A DNA stretch of 26,504 nt from Paecilomyces variotii. Taxonomy: Eukaryota. How positions within the stretch are numbered: the stretch's first letter is position 1; each line of letters begins with the position of its first letter. The stretch lies in the NCBI GenBank assembly GCA_004022145.1, contig RCNU01000041.1; one strand, written 5' to 3'. This document shows, in pieces, positions 23,766 through 26,504 of the stretch. A program made the translations under genes and the position numbers. The notes beneath the pieces were generated by a model, which was given only the letters and a program-made list of their open reading frames with translations, was not told the origin of the DNA and did no database searches.

Positions 23766-24284
23766 CGGGATGTAGCTTAGCCCAGCCGGGGACGAGCTCA
23801 GCCCACCCTAAAAGCTCATACCACCTAAGTATTTGGGATCTCGGCGCACCCCAAGAAACTTTGATTTTTCCTAGCCTATTTAGGCATAGTAGAAATATAT
23901 AAAAAATATTATAAAATAATTTATATTTTAGTCTACATTATATATTAAAATTAGGATTTTAGGATTTTAATTGGGTACGCTAGGGCAAGAGTTAGTAAAT
24001 TACACATAGAAATTCGAAAATTACAAATCTTTCTTGGTTTTTTAATTCTTAAAAATCGATTTTTAGATATTTAATTTTTCTTTTTTTATATATATAAGAT
24101 ATAGGTTATAACCTATATAAATATTTAATTTCGAGTGAAATATCTTTAGGTTTCGACTTTTAATAAATTTTTAAAATTTTTAGTTTAAAAGCTCGGCCCA
24201 CTTAAAAAATGGTAAAAATACTCGGGTGGGCTGAGCTTCTAGGGTGGGCTGAGCTCGCCCCCGGCTGGGCCGAGGTGTAGGCCC
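23766..24284. mobile_element. MITE / non-autonomous Mutator-like (MULE) DNA transposon, 519 bp
   Basis: ~70-bp imperfect GC-rich TIRs (gcccagccggggacgagctcagcccaccctaaaagctca vs rev-comp gcccagccgggggcgagctcagcccaccctagaagctca); 9-bp TSD ataaaaaaa at 23757-23765 and 24285-24293; non-coding AT-rich core. Confidence 0.9.
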
Positions 24285-24540
24285 ATAAAAAAAGATAAAT
24301 ATATCTTTTAAATTAGTAGAGATAATAAATATAATATAAGATAAAAATATATATTAGTAATAAAAGAAAGGAAAGACTATTAAATATAAAAAAGAGCTTA
24401 ATAAATATAAAAGAGAAATAGAAATTTAAAAGGAATAAGAAATTATTAAGTAAGAATTATTTATTAAAAAATAAAAAAACTTCTTATTATTATCTTTATT
24501 ACTATTTCTTTAAAAAAATATAAAAAAAAGCACTAATCTT

Positions 24541-26504
24541 TTTAGTATTAATTAAGATAGAAAGATTTTTAGCTCTTTAATATTATTAGATTTAGAGATA
24601 TAAATAGCTTAAGTATTTAAAAATATAGAACTACTAATAATATAGCTAATCTAGATTATATTAGCTTTATAAATATTAATATCTAGAAATCCTAGAGTAT
24701 TATATTTTAAAGGGGATAATATTATTTATTATTTAAGGCTTTTTAAAAAGCTATATAAGGTAAATTAACTCTTAAAAGAGGAAAAAACTAAATAATTTAT
24801 AGACTATTATAGCCTATTAGTATTATTATAAATAAATATTTAATTTAAATATAAAGAAAAGAATTATCTAAAACTAATAAAAGCAATTAAATAAAAATAT
24901 ATTTATTATAATAAGTATTAAAGGAAATATAATATTTAATAGCTAAAAAAGTTTAAAAATATAAAATATAATAGCTTTAAGAACTTAAAGAAGTATAATT
25001 AAAAATATTAAGCTATATTAAAAGCATTAGTAACTTTAAATAAGTTAAGCTAATATTTATAAGGAGTTTAATATTTTTAAAAATTTTTAAAGAAGCTTAA
25101 GTAGTAAATAGTTTAAGAGTTAAATATAGACTATTATACTTTATTTATTATTAAATATACTAATTTCTATAAAGAAGTAATAAATAAGGTAAAAATAATT
25201 AAAACCCTTTATTACCTTAATAATAATAAATTAGAGAAAGATTAAAATATAATAGTTTTAATAAAGAAGAAAATAACTAAAAAAAATAATATATAATTTC
25301 TTATTAAATTTAATAAAATTTATTTAAATAAAAATAAGAGTAAGATTAAATAATAGAGTATTAAAATAAAGTTAATAAAGTAATTATAGATTAATTAGTT
25401 AATAAAAAAATTTAAGAAATTAAAACTATATAATATATAATATATAGAGAGACCTAATAATAGTATGCCTAATATTAGTATAAATATATAAGCTAAGGTA
25501 TTTTTAAGATTTAACCTAATTAGAGAATTTAAAATACCTCTAAATTTATATAACTTCTGCTAGGCTTCTAATTATATTTAATCTTATTATTTAAATTTAA
25601 AAAGCCTCTTAAATTAAAAGCTTATTTATTAAAGAGAAAATTATAAACTTTACTTTAAGCTAAAAGAATAGAATAGAGAAGTTATTTATTTTATATAAAA
25701 AAATATATTATAAAAGGAAATTATTAAATAGAGACTAAAAGAAGAGTAAAAAAATATTAGCTTAATTAAATATAATATCTAGTTAATTATACTAGAATAG
25801 CCTAGAGATAACTTAAGCTTTAAGGAAGAAGCTAGGGATATTATAAAAAATTATTATTTTATTAATATAATAAGATTAAATAAGCTTTAAAAAGTAAAAA
25901 AAAGATAAAGCAAGACTAAATAATTATATAAAAAAAATTATAGAAAGTAATTAAATAAGAGTAGAGATTTCCTTTAATTAAAATAAACTAATTTAGTAAT
26001 TATTAGCCTTTAGATATAATTAAGAAAATAAAGATAATTAAAGAAGAAATAAAGAATATACTTAAGTAAAATAAGGATAAAAAGATTATTAAGATAAAAG
26101 AGAAATAAAAATTAAAGAGGTTTAAAGTTATAAATAAGCTAAAAGAGACTATTAATATAATAAAGGTTATAAACTAAATATTAAATATTAAAATTTAAAT
26201 ATTAATTTAGGATCTTATTAATCTATCTCTTAATTTATATAAAGCCTTATTTACCTTATAATTATAGTAAGTAATAATAAAGGCAATATTCTATAATACT
26301 AAAAGAGTATAGTTTAATATCTCTATATTAAATATAAAGTATATAATAAATAATGTAAATTAGTATTCTTATATATTCTTATAATTTAAGCCTCTTAATA
26401 AAGATAAAATACTATATATAGCTATAACTCTAAAGTTACTAATTAAAATTAATAGTTATAAGAAGATATAAAATATTATAGTAAATAATAGAGCTAAAAT
26501 AATA
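24541..26504 (+). pseudogene. gag-protease of a further Ty3/Gypsy element (D), heavily RIPped, runs off the window end
   Basis: De-RIPped PGNPGALYFEGDNVTHYLRLFEELC..LSEEEK..DYC ~24682-24813 (fungal Gypsy Gag N-terminus); CNFCQAxxHIxSxC knuckle 25549-25590; DLVGLSPDLRKALF ~26210; protease-like VDDGAE 26482-26499. Confidence 0.8.

Noticed and set aside
1-26504. Alternative genetic code (TAA/TAG = Gln) or organellar/AT-rich bacterial DNA
   Set aside because: Stops replace both Gln and Trp codons, catalytic Asp appears as Asn, and the LTR pair differs only by transitions. All of this indicates RIP.

Overview
Fungal (Pezizomycotina-type) AT-rich heterochromatic block made entirely of nested transposon relics inactivated by Repeat-Induced Point mutation (RIP). 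There is no intact host gene, RNA gene or CRISPR. In order: (A) a Ty3/Gypsy chromovirus (1-~7485, +; 5' LTR outside the window) with a QQPYT-repeat Gag, a -1 frameshift site and a long in-frame extension after the chromodomain. Next come a Copia-type LTR, a Gypsy RT-thumb/RNase H fragment (-), a probable solo LTR, and the 5' half of a Ty1/Copia element (-, 9188-~13249). Two head-to-tail ~457-bp LTRs are followed by a gag-like ORF. That ORF is interrupted by (B), a structurally complete 7523-bp Gypsy chromovirus (14400-21922; 432-bp LTRs, CTTTT TSD, Tf1-like self-priming PBS). Then follow a young Mutator-type MITE (23766-24284, 9-bp TSD) and the gag-protease of another Gypsy lineage running off the window. 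The most interesting signal is an antisense, intron-containing cargo gene in element B that encodes a divergent Zn2Cys6-like cluster. Protein motifs were read by manual translation and reversal of C>T/G>A changes, so de-RIPped residues are inferences.
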